Shown piece by piece: positions 32,661 to 41,904 of a stretch of DNA of 52,559 nucleotides. Within the stretch, counting starts at the first letter, position 1; each line of letters opens with the position of its first letter. A program made the position numbers and the translations under genes. This stretch comes from an uncultured Gammaproteobacteria bacterium (GTDB taxonomy: Bacteria; Pseudomonadota; Gammaproteobacteria; Arenicellales; JAANXG01). The notes beneath the pieces were generated by a model. It saw only the letters and a list, made by a program, of their open reading frames with translations, made no database searches and was not told the origin of the DNA. The stretch covers positions 1 through 52,559 of the forward strand of contig CAMYOI010000004.1 in NCBI GenBank assembly GCA_947259955.1, read 5' to 3'.

Positions 32661-34640
32661 ATGCAGGATACGGCTTCCACTGTCGACGGGTTTGACCGCC
32701 AGCTGACCGACTACGGCGTGTGGAGCACCACTCTGGCAAGGGCATTGGAATCCTATCGGGAATGGTGCGGTTCATACCGCCGACTGGACAGCGAACAGGA
32801 ACTCAACCTGCTGGAGCTGGTGGAAGAACTCCGTGGCGATGCCGTTACAATCGCTCTGGTCGGCGAATTCTCAAGGGGGAAAACAGAGCTGATCAACGCT
32901 ATTTTCTTTTCCGACTACGATCGTCGACTATTGCCCTCGACGCCGGGCCGGACGACCATGTGCCCGACGGAAATTCGATACGACATCAAAATTCCCCCGT
33001 GTATACGCCTGCTGCCGATAGAGACCCGCAAATCAGCCATGTCAATCTCGGAACTCAAGCACAAGGCGGTCAACTGGACCACCCTCCCACTGGAACTGGA
33101 TTCCCCCGAGGCAATGGCAAAGACCCTCAAACAGATACTGAGGAGCAAGAAAATAGATAAACGACAGGCCCACGAACTCGGGCTTGATGGCATGGTGTCG
33201 GAGCTGCCCAGCGGCGAAGTTCACGTCGAGGTCCCGGTCTGGCGGCATGCCATCGTCAATTACCCTCATCGCCTGCTGGAGCAGGGCCTGGTCGTGCTGG
33301 ACACACCCGGCCTCAATGCACTTGGGGCCGAACCGGAGCTGACGCTGGGCATGCTACCCAATGCCCATGCCATTCTTTTCGTACTGGCGGCAGACACCGG
33401 CGTTACCCGAACAGACATGGAAATCTGGAGGAAGCACGTGTGCCCCGCTACGGGCCGCAATCCGGAAAATCGTCTTGCGGCATTGAACAAAGTCGACACC
33501 TTGTGGGATGAACTCGAAAGTCCCGACAGGACCCAGGGCTTCATCGATCGACAGGTTGAAAGAACGCACAAGATGCTCCAGATCAGCCGGGACAAGGTGT
33601 TCCCGGTGTCCGCGCGGAAGGGCCTCATCGGGAAGATTCGAAAAGGCGACGAGCTCGTCGCCAGAAGCGGACTGCGCGCATTGGAACGGACGCTGTCGAC
33701 GATCGCTGTCAAGAACCGACAAAAAATGATCTGCGAGAAGGTCGCAAGTGAAATCGGACTCGTGGTTCAGGAATCCGAGGAGCTGATACGCTATAAAATC
33801 GAAAATCTGGAAACCGAGCTCGAGGAACTGCGCCAGCTGGATAATAAAAGCGTCGATCTAATCGACGAGATGTCAACCAAGCTCAGAAAACAGAAGAACA
33901 CCTACGATGCCGAGGTCCAGAGCTTCAATGTGACCCGCCGCCTGTTGTCCGAGCAGGTCAGAAAAATGACAAGTCTGTTGAGCATGACCCGTTTCGATCA
34001 GCTCATAGCCAAGACCCGCTACGCGATGAACAACAGCTGGACGACCCCTGGCGTGAGACAGGGAATGGAGACGTTTTTCGGCGGCACTTTCGCAGATCTG
34101 AAACGGGTCGAAGCGCGGTCGGAGAAAATACGCCGTCTGGTCGAACAAATATACAATCGATTCCATGGAGAATATGGGTTACCAATCCACAAGCCCGTCC
34201 GCTTTTCCACCAAGCCTTTCATGCGGCAATACCAGAGTCTGCATGAAGAAGCGGAGGCTTTTAGAACCTCCAAGGCGATGATGATGTCGGAACAATACTT
34301 CGTGGTGAAGAAATTCTTCATCGTTTTGGTGAGCCGAGCGCGGGTGATTTTCGAGGACTGCAACGGAGCGACCAGATACTGGGCCAAAGCGGTGCTGATG
34401 CCCATATACAAGGGAATCAGGGAACACAAGGATCTGATCGACCGGCGCCTGGATAACCTGGACAAATTGCGCAACAACCACGCCGCGCTGCGCCAACGGG
34501 AGCAAAAAATAGTCACGGAACTGAAGAACCTGCACAAGCAGGCAAAGTTTATCGACAGCATATTAGCAAGTATTCAGCAATCAGCTAGCCCGCATTTCTC
34601 ACCAGGATCCCGAGCGATGGCCCAGGACGGGTGCCGATGA
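32661..34640 (+). CDS. Bacterial dynamin-like GTPase
   Basis: G1 GEFSRGKTELINA, G2 GRTT, G3 DTPG, G4 NKVD, then a long helical region. Confidence 0.88.
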   Translation: MQDTASTVDGFDRQLTDYGVWSTTLARALESYREWCGSYRRLDSEQELNLLELVEELRGDAVTIALVGEFSRGKTELINAIFFSDYDRRLLPSTPGRTTMCPTEIRYDIKIPPCIRLLPIETRKSAMSISELKHKAVNWTTLPLELDSPEAMAKTLKQILRSKKIDKRQAHELGLDGMVSELPSGEVHVEVPVWRHAIVNYPHRLLEQGLVVLDTPGLNALGAEPELTLGMLPNAHAILFVLAADTGVTRTDMEIWRKHVCPATGRNPENRLAALNKVDTLWDELESPDRTQGFIDRQVERTHKMLQISRDKVFPVSARKGLIGKIRKGDELVARSGLRALERTLSTIAVKNRQKMICEKVASEIGLVVQESEELIRYKIENLETELEELRQLDNKSVDLIDEMSTKLRKQKNTYDAEVQSFNVTRRLLSEQVRKMTSLLSMTRFDQLIAKTRYAMNNSWTTPGVRQGMETFFGGTFADLKRVEARSEKIRRLVEQIYNRFHGEYGLPIHKPVRFSTKPFMRQYQSLHEEAEAFRTSKAMMMSEQYFVVKKFFIVLVSRARVIFEDCNGATRYWAKAVLMPIYKGIREHKDLIDRRLDNLDKLRNNHAALRQREQKIVTELKNLHKQAKFIDSILASIQQSASPHFSPGSRAMAQDGCR

Positions 34641-34645
34641 ATGAC
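34585..34645 (+). repeat. Repeat family 2, copy A
   Basis: CTAGCCCGCATTTCTCACCAGGATCCCGAGCGATGGCCCAGGACGGGTGCCGATG; overlaps the dynamin-like 3' end. Confidence 0.75.
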
Positions 34646-34660
34646 CGCGCCCCGCCGCGA

Positions 34661-36031
34661 TTATCGAGAGCTTCCTTGAGTCTCCAGCTTTTGTCTGTAC
34701 AGCAGATACGATACCAGTAGTATCGCCGGGATGCCCAGGCCTGCGGCGTAGCTGAAGAAGAAAACATAGCCCTCCGCGTCGACGATATTCCCCGAAAACC
34801 CGCCCAGGAATTTCGCGGGGAGAAGCATCAAGGAACTGAACAAGGCATACTGCGTGGCGGTATAGGCCCGGTTGGTCAATCCGGACAGATACGCGATAAA
34901 CGCCGAGCCGGCCATACCGCCGCTTAGATTGTCGGCACTGATTACAATCACCAGGTAGCTGATCTCCGGCGTCTGCGACGCCAGCCAGGCAAAGGTCAGG
35001 TTGGTCAGGGCCACCATAAACGCACTCAGCAGCAGGATCCGCATTACACCGAATCGGGCAACCAGAAGCCCGCCCAGAACCGCGCCCGCCATGGTCATGA
35101 TCAACCCAAACACCTTGGTTACGCTGGCAATGTCCGATTTGGTATATCCCATATCGATATAAAAGGGATTGGCCATGACACCCATGGTGATGTCACTGAG
35201 GCGGAATACACCGATAAATGCCAGTATCAGCAGCGCAGCTCTGCCGTTGCGCGCAAAGAAATCTGTAAACGGACAAACCACCGCGCCGATGAACCAAGCC
35301 GCTACGGATCGTAACCGGTGAGGCAGATGGGCATAGCGCTCGAGAAAATCGACCACGCGCTCCTCCTCCATCCAGGCGCCGGCGGCGCCCTGACGCTCGG
35401 GCTCGAAGATGCAGAATGTCGTAACGACGCCGACAAGCATCAGCAGTGCCATGCAGTTGTAAGCCACGGACCAGGAATAAAATTCCGCCAGATACAGGGC
35501 GCCCGCACCCGCGGCTATCATGCCGAGGCGGTACCCTATCTGATAGGTGGCAGCCATCGCACCCTGCCATTCGACCACCGCCGCCTCGATGCGCCAGGCA
35601 TCGATGCTGATATCCTGGGTCGCGGAAGAAAACGCGGCCAGAAGTGCGGCGGCGACCAGTATCGAAAGCTGGGTATCGGGGTCGCTGGTCGCCATCATGG
35701 TCAATGCGCCTATCACCCCAATCTGCGCCAGAAGCATCCAGCTTCGCCGGTGACCAAGTGCGGAGGAAACCAGGGGTATAGGCACCCTGTCCACCAGCGG
35801 GGCCCAGGCGAATTTGAAGGCGTAAAGAATCGCCACCCAGGAAATGTATCCGATGGTGCTGCGATCGACGCCGGCCTCCCGCAGCCAGGCCGATAAGGTT
35901 CCGAATACCAACAGCAAAGGCAGTCCCGCGGAAAACCCCAGAAAGAGCATGGCAATCACCCTGGGTTGGGTATAGACACCGAGCGACTCTCGCCACGTCG
36001 ATTCACTGCGTGACTGCGTCAAATCAGCCAT
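34661..36031 (-). CDS. ampG: AmpG family muropeptide MFS transporter
   Basis: LGFSAGLPLLL, KFAWAPLVD, SATQDISIDAWRIE, YTATQYALFSS. Confidence 0.93.
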   Translation of the reverse strand: MADLTQSRSESTWRESLGVYTQPRVIAMLFLGFSAGLPLLLVFGTLSAWLREAGVDRSTIGYISWVAILYAFKFAWAPLVDRVPIPLVSSALGHRRSWMLLAQIGVIGALTMMATSDPDTQLSILVAAALLAAFSSATQDISIDAWRIEAAVVEWQGAMAATYQIGYRLGMIAAGAGALYLAEFYSWSVAYNCMALLMLVGVVTTFCIFEPERQGAAGAWMEEERVVDFLERYAHLPHRLRSVAAWFIGAVVCPFTDFFARNGRAALLILAFIGVFRLSDITMGVMANPFYIDMGYTKSDIASVTKVFGLIMTMAGAVLGGLLVARFGVMRILLLSAFMVALTNLTFAWLASQTPEISYLVIVISADNLSGGMAGSAFIAYLSGLTNRAYTATQYALFSSLMLLPAKFLGGFSGNIVDAEGYVFFFSYAAGLGIPAILLVSYLLYRQKLETQGSSR

Positions 36032-36173
36032 CGATGCTGGCCTGCATAGTGCGCCGGGTTAGGCCAACCACAATCACGAACTTTGCTTTTAGCAAGACTA
36101 TTCAAATCCGCTTATTTCGAAAAAGATCAAGGCGATAGAACATTGTCACGGCCGCCCTGGCGCAATATTCAGG

Positions 36174-36944
36174 TTATATATCGTAGTCGACGATCAGCGG
36201 CGCATGGTCCGAAAAGCGTTTACGTTTGTAGATCGAAGCGCCAAGCACCTTATCACGCAGACCCGGGGTGATCACCTGATAATCTATCCTCCAGCCAACA
36301 TTCTTCGCCCAGGCCTGGCCCCGGTTGGACCACCAGGTGTACTGGTCTTCCTGCTGATTGACGACGCGAAACGCATCGACGAATCCGGCCTGTTCGAACA
36401 GCCAGTCCATCCATCTCCTCTCATCGGGGAGAAATCCCGAGTTCTTCTGATTCGATCGCCAGTTTTTGAGGTCGATCTGCTTGTGGGCAATGTTCCAGTC
36501 GCCGCAGATGACGAAATCCCGATCGGCCTTCTGCCGCCCTTCCAGGAACCCCCGGAACCGCTCCATGAAGTCGTACTTGAACCCCTGCCGTGCCTCACCG
36601 CTGGTGCCGGAGGGCAGGTAAAGAGAGACGACACTGACCGACGGGAAATCCAATTGCAGATAGCGGCCCTCGGAATCGATGTCGGGCCAGCCAAGACCGT
36701 TTACGATATTGTCTGGCTTCCGGCGGCTGTAGATCGCGACGCCGCCGTACCCTCTCCGCTCCGAATCTTCATGGAAGTAATGAAAATTCCTCGGGAAAAA
36801 GACCGGATCGTTCTCTATCTGATCGTAGTGCGCCCTCGTTTCCTGCAAACAAATGACATCCGCTTTCTGTCTCGTCATCCAGGAATAGAATCCTTTTTTT
36901 GCGGCTGCGCGAATGCCGTTGATGTTCAGGGTTATAATGCGCAT
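36174..36944 (-). CDS. xth: Exodeoxyribonuclease III
   Basis: NINGIR, LQET, YLPSG, GDWN, WRIDY, SDHAP; catalytic residues retained. Confidence 0.92.
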   Translation of the reverse strand: MRIITLNINGIRAAAKKGFYSWMTRQKADVICLQETRAHYDQIENDPVFFPRNFHYFHEDSERRGYGGVAIYSRRKPDNIVNGLGWPDIDSEGRYLQLDFPSVSVVSLYLPSGTSGEARQGFKYDFMERFRGFLEGRQKADRDFVICGDWNIAHKQIDLKNWRSNQKNSGFLPDERRWMDWLFEQAGFVDAFRVVNQQEDQYTWWSNRGQAWAKNVGWRIDYQVITPGLRDKVLGASIYKRKRFSDHAPLIVDYDI

Positions 36945-37005
36945 AAGGTAATGGAGTATCAGTCCGTATCAGAACACCAAAGCCTGTGACGAACAGGCAC
37001 TGGCA

Positions 37006-37674
37006 ATGAAACAATACCAAAAACAGTTCATCGAGTTTTCCATCAAAACCGAGGTTCTTCGCTTCGGTGAATTCGTGCTCAAGTCCGGCCGCAAGAGTCC
37101 TTATTTTTTCGACGCAGGCTTGTTCGACACGGGCTCCAGCCTGGCAACCGTGGGAGAGTTCTACGCCGATAGATTACTCGATTGGGGCCAAAGTTTCGAC
37201 GTTTTGTTCGGGCCGGCCTACAAGGGTATCCCTCTGGCCGTGTCCACCGCCATGGCGCTGTCCGCCAGGACTAAACGGCAGGTGCCGTTCTGTTTCAATC
37301 GCAAGGAAATGAAAGACCATGGAGAAGGCGGTCTCACCGTCGGGGCCAGGCTGCGCGGGAATGTCGTGATCATCGACGATGTCGTGACCGCGGGCATCTC
37401 CGTCGACGAGTCCATAGACATCATAACCGGTGCGGGAGCCACACCGGCAGCGGTGTGTATCGCCCTGGACCGAATGGAGCACGGCCTCCACGGGCAGATC
37501 CCTGCGAGTCGCCTCATCGAACAGCGTCACGGCATCCCCGTGCTGTCGATCGCGGATCTGGATGTACTCGTGGACTATCTTTACGGCGGCTCGGGGCGTT
37601 GCGAACACCTGGACGCAATAAGACGCTACCGGCAACAATACGCTGTGGACCCGGGTGCACCGGCTCCTCCCTGA
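37006..37674 (+). CDS. pyrE: Orotate phosphoribosyltransferase
   Basis: LKSGRKSPYFF, GPAYKGIP, RKEMKDHGEGG, IIDDVVTAG. Confidence 0.95.
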   Translation: MKQYQKQFIEFSIKTEVLRFGEFVLKSGRKSPYFFDAGLFDTGSSLATVGEFYADRLLDWGQSFDVLFGPAYKGIPLAVSTAMALSARTKRQVPFCFNRKEMKDHGEGGLTVGARLRGNVVIIDDVVTAGISVDESIDIITGAGATPAAVCIALDRMEHGLHGQIPASRLIEQRHGIPVLSIADLDVLVDYLYGGSGRCEHLDAIRRYRQQYAVDPGAPAPP

Positions 37675-37701
37675 CAACACAACAGTCCAGTTTTTACAGC
37701 C

Positions 37702-38616
37702 ATGAATCAATCTAAAGTCTGCATCCTCGGTGGCAGTGGTTTCGTAGGCCGCCGCCTCGCCAAATTGCTCACGGACGGCGGGCGCTCGGTAGCCGTCCTG
37801 ACCCGTCATCGGGAGCGCAACCGGGACCTCCTGGTGCGTCCCGAGCTATCGGTCGTAGAGTGCGATGTGTACGATCCGGGGCAACTCGCCGGCCACTTCC
37901 ACGGCGCGGATGCGGTCGTTAATCTGGTCGGCATCCTCAACAGCAGCCGCCATAAAAACCAGACATTTACCACGGCCCATCTGCAACTGAGTGAGATAGT
38001 CCTGGAAGCGATGACCTGGAGCGGAGTCCGGCGTTTGCTCCACATGAGTGCTTCCAACGCCAGCGCTGACGGCCCAAGCGAATACCTGAAGACCAAGGGC
38101 GCCGCGGAAAACCTGCTGAAGATGCGTTCGATGCAGGGTGAATTCGATATCACTATTTTTCGCCCCTCGGTGATATTCGGTTCCGGAGATAGTTTTACCA
38201 ACCGTTTTGCCGAGCTGCTCCGCAGAATTCCGCTCGTGTTTCCGCTCGCCTGCCCGGACAGCCGACTGCAGCCCGTCCACGTGGACGACGTCGTGACATG
38301 TTTCGCCAACGCCATCGACAACCCAAAAACCTTTGGCCAGACATACGAGTTGTGCGGCCCCGGCTCCTATACACTGTATGAGCTGGTGCGCATGATCGCG
38401 GCCGCAATCGGTGTCAGGAGAAAAATTGTCAAGTTGAGCGATCGGCAGTCCGAGATGCAGGCGAAGGCGATGCAGTATTTTCCCGGCCAGCCCTTCACCC
38501 CCGACAACTACAAATCCCTTCAAATAGACAGCGTCTGTAAGAAACCGTTTCCCGCGGTATTTGGCATCGAGCCGCGCGCTATGGAAGATACGATTTCGAC
38601 CTACCTCACCAGTTGA
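37702..38616 (+). CDS. NAD(P)-binding atypical SDR (complex I NDUFA9-like family)
   Basis: GGSGFVG, VVNLVGIL, YLKTK, RPSVIFG, QPVHVDDV. Confidence 0.85.
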   Translation: MNQSKVCILGGSGFVGRRLAKLLTDGGRSVAVLTRHRERNRDLLVRPELSVVECDVYDPGQLAGHFHGADAVVNLVGILNSSRHKNQTFTTAHLQLSEIVLEAMTWSGVRRLLHMSASNASADGPSEYLKTKGAAENLLKMRSMQGEFDITIFRPSVIFGSGDSFTNRFAELLRRIPLVFPLACPDSRLQPVHVDDVVTCFANAIDNPKTFGQTYELCGPGSYTLYELVRMIAAAIGVRRKIVKLSDRQSEMQAKAMQYFPGQPFTPDNYKSLQIDSVCKKPFPAVFGIEPRAMEDTISTYLTS

Positions 38617-38730
38617 GAAATATCTGATCCATCGCGTCGGGGCGTCGCTCCTCCGCCGCCGATAGTCATCCGAGTACCTCGTAGGAGGCGCACCCTCGCG
38701 CCAATTTCGATCGCCAGCATCGATATGCCA

Positions 38731-39771
38731 TCAAAGCGCGGCAAGCGCTTCTCTTCTTCGGGACTTCTCCATTTCCGCGAGATCGCCGGCTGCCGCATAG
38801 AACCGGGACAGGTCGCCGTCGTACTGCTTCAAAAGTTTGTCGAAGGCCGGGATGAGGTCGTTATAGGTCGCCACGGACAGGAGCTGGGCATTGTTGATCG
38901 GGTTGTCGAACCAGCGTTTGTAGCCCGAATAGGCCGGCCATTTCGAGGTGTATTCGATATATTGATCCTTGAGTTCCCCAATCAATCGCCGCTTTTCGAT
39001 CCGCTTGTTTGCATCCGAAACATCCGATGAGTAGAGTGCTTCGAGGCGGTCACGACAGTCCAGTATCCTTCCCACGATCGCATCGTCTCGAGATTTACGT
39101 CGCTGGTATTCCCCGATGCGCGAGAGGCTTCCCCGGGCTGTCAACCAACGCGCAACGCCGATACGCTCCACCGTGGTCGCAAAAGACTCGTTGAACACCG
39201 TATCTCCCTTGGCAAAAACGGCCTGATGAGCCAGCTCATGGATGATCAGGCCGGCAAAATCTTCATCTGCATAACCCAGGATAGTGTTCGGCACGGGGTC
39301 GTCGAACCAACCTAGCGTCGAATAGGCGGGCACCCCGCCGACATATACATCGTAATCCTGTTCGGCATATCGTTGCGCGAAATCCAGTGCGTCCTGCTTG
39401 GCGAAGTAACCCCGATAGTTGACGCAACCCACGACCAGAAAACACCATTCTTCGGGCTCGAGTGAAAGTTCTGGAGCGACGAACACGCTCCAGACCACAT
39501 AGGGCCGATCGAGGTCTACGAATTCCGTGTAGCTGCCGCTGTCTGGCAGGCCGAGTTCATCCACTGCGAACTCGCGGATTTCCAATGCCAGACGGAGTTT
39601 ATTCTTGACGTCGTCGGAAACGATGGGATCCGCGAGCACCTTCTCGATAGAACGGCTTTCGCGCCAGATCTCCATCTGTCCCCTTACGGACTGCGCATAG
39701 TAACCGGCGGTGGAACAGCCCGACAGAACCAGGGCCGCCACAACCCACAGCCACAACATGTTACGCTTCAC
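38731..39771 (-). CDS. Putative zinc aminopeptidase lipoprotein
   Basis: Lipobox LSGC, HELAH (HEXXH), FNESFA, AYSTLGWF. GTG start inferred at 39771. Confidence 0.82.
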   Translation of the reverse strand: MKRNMLWLWVVAALVLSGCSTAGYYAQSVRGQMEIWRESRSIEKVLADPIVSDDVKNKLRLALEIREFAVDELGLPDSGSYTEFVDLDRPYVVWSVFVAPELSLEPEEWCFLVVGCVNYRGYFAKQDALDFAQRYAEQDYDVYVGGVPAYSTLGWFDDPVPNTILGYADEDFAGLIIHELAHQAVFAKGDTVFNESFATTVERIGVARWLTARGSLSRIGEYQRRKSRDDAIVGRILDCRDRLEALYSSDVSDANKRIEKRRLIGELKDQYIEYTSKWPAYSGYKRWFDNPINNAQLLSVATYNDLIPAFDKLLKQYDGDLSRFYAAAGDLAEMEKSRRREALAAL

Positions 39772-39809
39772 GCGGAAAATTACCTGGACCGATTCATAGT
39801 CTTGTTGCC

Positions 39810-41051
39810 ATGGTAACACCTGAAATACTGGACGGGCTCGAAGTCTATCTGGTCGGCGGCGCCGTCCGAGATCAATTGATGGGCTTGCCGGTCAAGGATC
39901 GGGACTGGGTGGTCGTCGGTGCAACACCCGATGAGATGAGGTCCCGTGGGTTCAAACCGGTCGGCCAGCATTTTCCGGTCTTCCTGCACCCGCAAACCGG
40001 TGAAGAATACGCGCTGGCGAGGACGGAGCACAAAACCGGCCCGGGCTACAGGGGATTCGAATTCAACACCGATTCCGGGGTTACCCTGGAGCAGGATCTT
40101 GCAAGACGGGACCTGACCCTTAATGCGATTGCTCAAGCCCGAGACGGCTGCCTGATCGATCCCTTCCGGGGCAAAGAGGACATTGGGAACAAGGTGCTCA
40201 GACACGTCTCGAACGCATTCGTGGAAGATCCGGTGAGGCTTTTGCGCGTCGCCCGATTCCATGCGCGATTCGGTTTCCGCATTGCACCCGAGACGTACGC
40301 AATAATGAAAAGGATGGTCGCAAACGGCGAGGTCGACGCACTCGTTCCGGAGCGTATCTGGTCGGAAGTTCGCGACGCGCTCGGTGAATCGCAGCCCTCC
40401 ACCTTCTTCGCAGCGCTGCGCGAGTGTGGCGCGCTGGAGCGTATTCTGCCTGAAATCGATGCCCTGTTCGGCATCCCGCAACGGGCGGACTATCATCCGG
40501 AAATCGATGCCGGCGTTCATACCATGATGGTAATTGATCAGGCTGCGAAATTGGGCGGTGACGCTCAGGTTCGCTTCGCGGCCCTGGTGCATGATCTTGG
40601 CAAGGCAGTCACGCCCGAAGCGCAGCTCCCCAGCCACTATGGCCACGAATGGTCCGGTCTGGGTTGTATCAAGCAACTATGCCGACGGCTTCGCGTACCG
40701 GGGGAATACAAGGATCTGGCTTTGCTGGCGTGCGAGGTGCACCTAAAACTGCACCGCGTCGGCGAACTCAAAGCGGCAACCATTCTGGATTTGCTCGAAA
40801 GAGTCGACGCGTTCCGGCGTCCGCGCAGGCTGGATCAGCTGCTGCTGGTGGGGGAAGCGGATGCGCGTGGACGCATGGGCCGGGAATCCGCCCCCTATCC
40901 GCAGGCGTCGATCCTGCGCGCCTGCCTGAAGGCGGCCTCCGAGATCGATGCCGGCGGCATCGCAAGGCGAGCGAAAAGTGGGCCCGCGATTGCCCGGGCG
41001 ATACGGGAACGGCGCATAAAAGCGATCGAATCGAGCAGGAGAGTCTATTGA
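39810..41051 (+). CDS. cca: Multifunctional CCA-adding enzyme
   Basis: YLVGGAVRD, DRD, RRDLT, EDPVRLLR, HD domain (VHDLGK). Confidence 0.96.
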   Translation: MVTPEILDGLEVYLVGGAVRDQLMGLPVKDRDWVVVGATPDEMRSRGFKPVGQHFPVFLHPQTGEEYALARTEHKTGPGYRGFEFNTDSGVTLEQDLARRDLTLNAIAQARDGCLIDPFRGKEDIGNKVLRHVSNAFVEDPVRLLRVARFHARFGFRIAPETYAIMKRMVANGEVDALVPERIWSEVRDALGESQPSTFFAALRECGALERILPEIDALFGIPQRADYHPEIDAGVHTMMVIDQAAKLGGDAQVRFAALVHDLGKAVTPEAQLPSHYGHEWSGLGCIKQLCRRLRVPGEYKDLALLACEVHLKLHRVGELKAATILDLLERVDAFRRPRRLDQLLLVGEADARGRMGRESAPYPQASILRACLKAASEIDAGGIARRAKSGPAIARAIRERRIKAIESSRRVY

Positions 41052-41069
41052 TGATGCGGGTCGGCGCTG

Positions 41070-41103
41070 GCTCGGGATTCTGGTGAGAAATGCGGGTTAG
41101 CTG
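41070..41103 (-). repeat. Repeat family 2, copy D
   Basis: Minus strand CAGCTAACCCGCATTTCTCACCAGAATCCCGAGC, 2 mismatches to copy A; lies between convergent cca and uppP. Confidence 0.75.
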
Positions 41104-41901
41104 TCAAAGATACATGCTGAAAAGCAGCAGGGCCAGTGCGATGCGGTATATCACAAACGGCAGCACACCAACGCGCTCGATCAGCGCCAGAAAATAGTAA
41201 ATACAGAGGTATGCCGTAACCGCTGCGACGATTGTACCCAGGGCCATCGGGCCCCAGGGGATCCGATCCGAGCTCTGGATCAACTCGAGAAAACTAAGCA
41301 GCCCCGCGGACAGTATCACCGGAATGGAAAGCAGGAAAGAAAAGCGTGCAGCCGCTTTCCGTGTCAGCCCCATGGCCAGTCCCGCGGTGATCGTAATCCC
41401 GGAGCGTGAAACCCCCGGGATCAGTGCAAGTATCTGGGCACACCCAATCGTGAGTGCCCGCCCGACGGTGATCGAATCCGCATCGGCATCCCGGGACCCG
41501 GCACGGTCCGCCCACCACAGCAAAAGACCGAAGACCAGCGTGGTGGTCGCAATCAGCAGCGGATTGCGCAGCAGATCCGCCAGCCAAATATAGACAAAGA
41601 CCCCAGCAAGAATTATCGGCAGGGTAGCCACGATCAACGCCCGGGCGAGACGGCTGTGCGGTGAGTCCATGCCTTTGACAGCATCGGCATACAAGGCCGT
41701 CGAGAGCTGCGTGACATCCGCCCTGAAATACCACATCACCGCGGCCAGGGTGCCCACGTGGACGGCCACATCGAAAGCCAGGCCCTGGTCCATCCAGCCA
41801 AACAACCTTGGAAATAGAATGAGGTGTGCCGAGCTTGAAATGGGAAGGAACTCGGTCAGGCCCTGTATCAGCGCCAATACAAAGGCTTGTAAGTAGTCCA
41901 T
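41104..41901 (-). CDS. uppP: Undecaprenyl-diphosphatase
   Basis: QGLTEFLPISSSAH, PGVSRSG, ARFSFLLSIP. Confidence 0.95.
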   Translation of the reverse strand: MDYLQAFVLALIQGLTEFLPISSSAHLILFPRLFGWMDQGLAFDVAVHVGTLAAVMWYFRADVTQLSTALYADAVKGMDSPHSRLARALIVATLPIILAGVFVYIWLADLLRNPLLIATTTLVFGLLLWWADRAGSRDADADSITVGRALTIGCAQILALIPGVSRSGITITAGLAMGLTRKAAARFSFLLSIPVILSAGLLSFLELIQSSDRIPWGPMALGTIVAAVTAYLCIYYFLALIERVGVLPFVIYRIALALLLFSMYL

Positions 41902-41904
41902 TGG

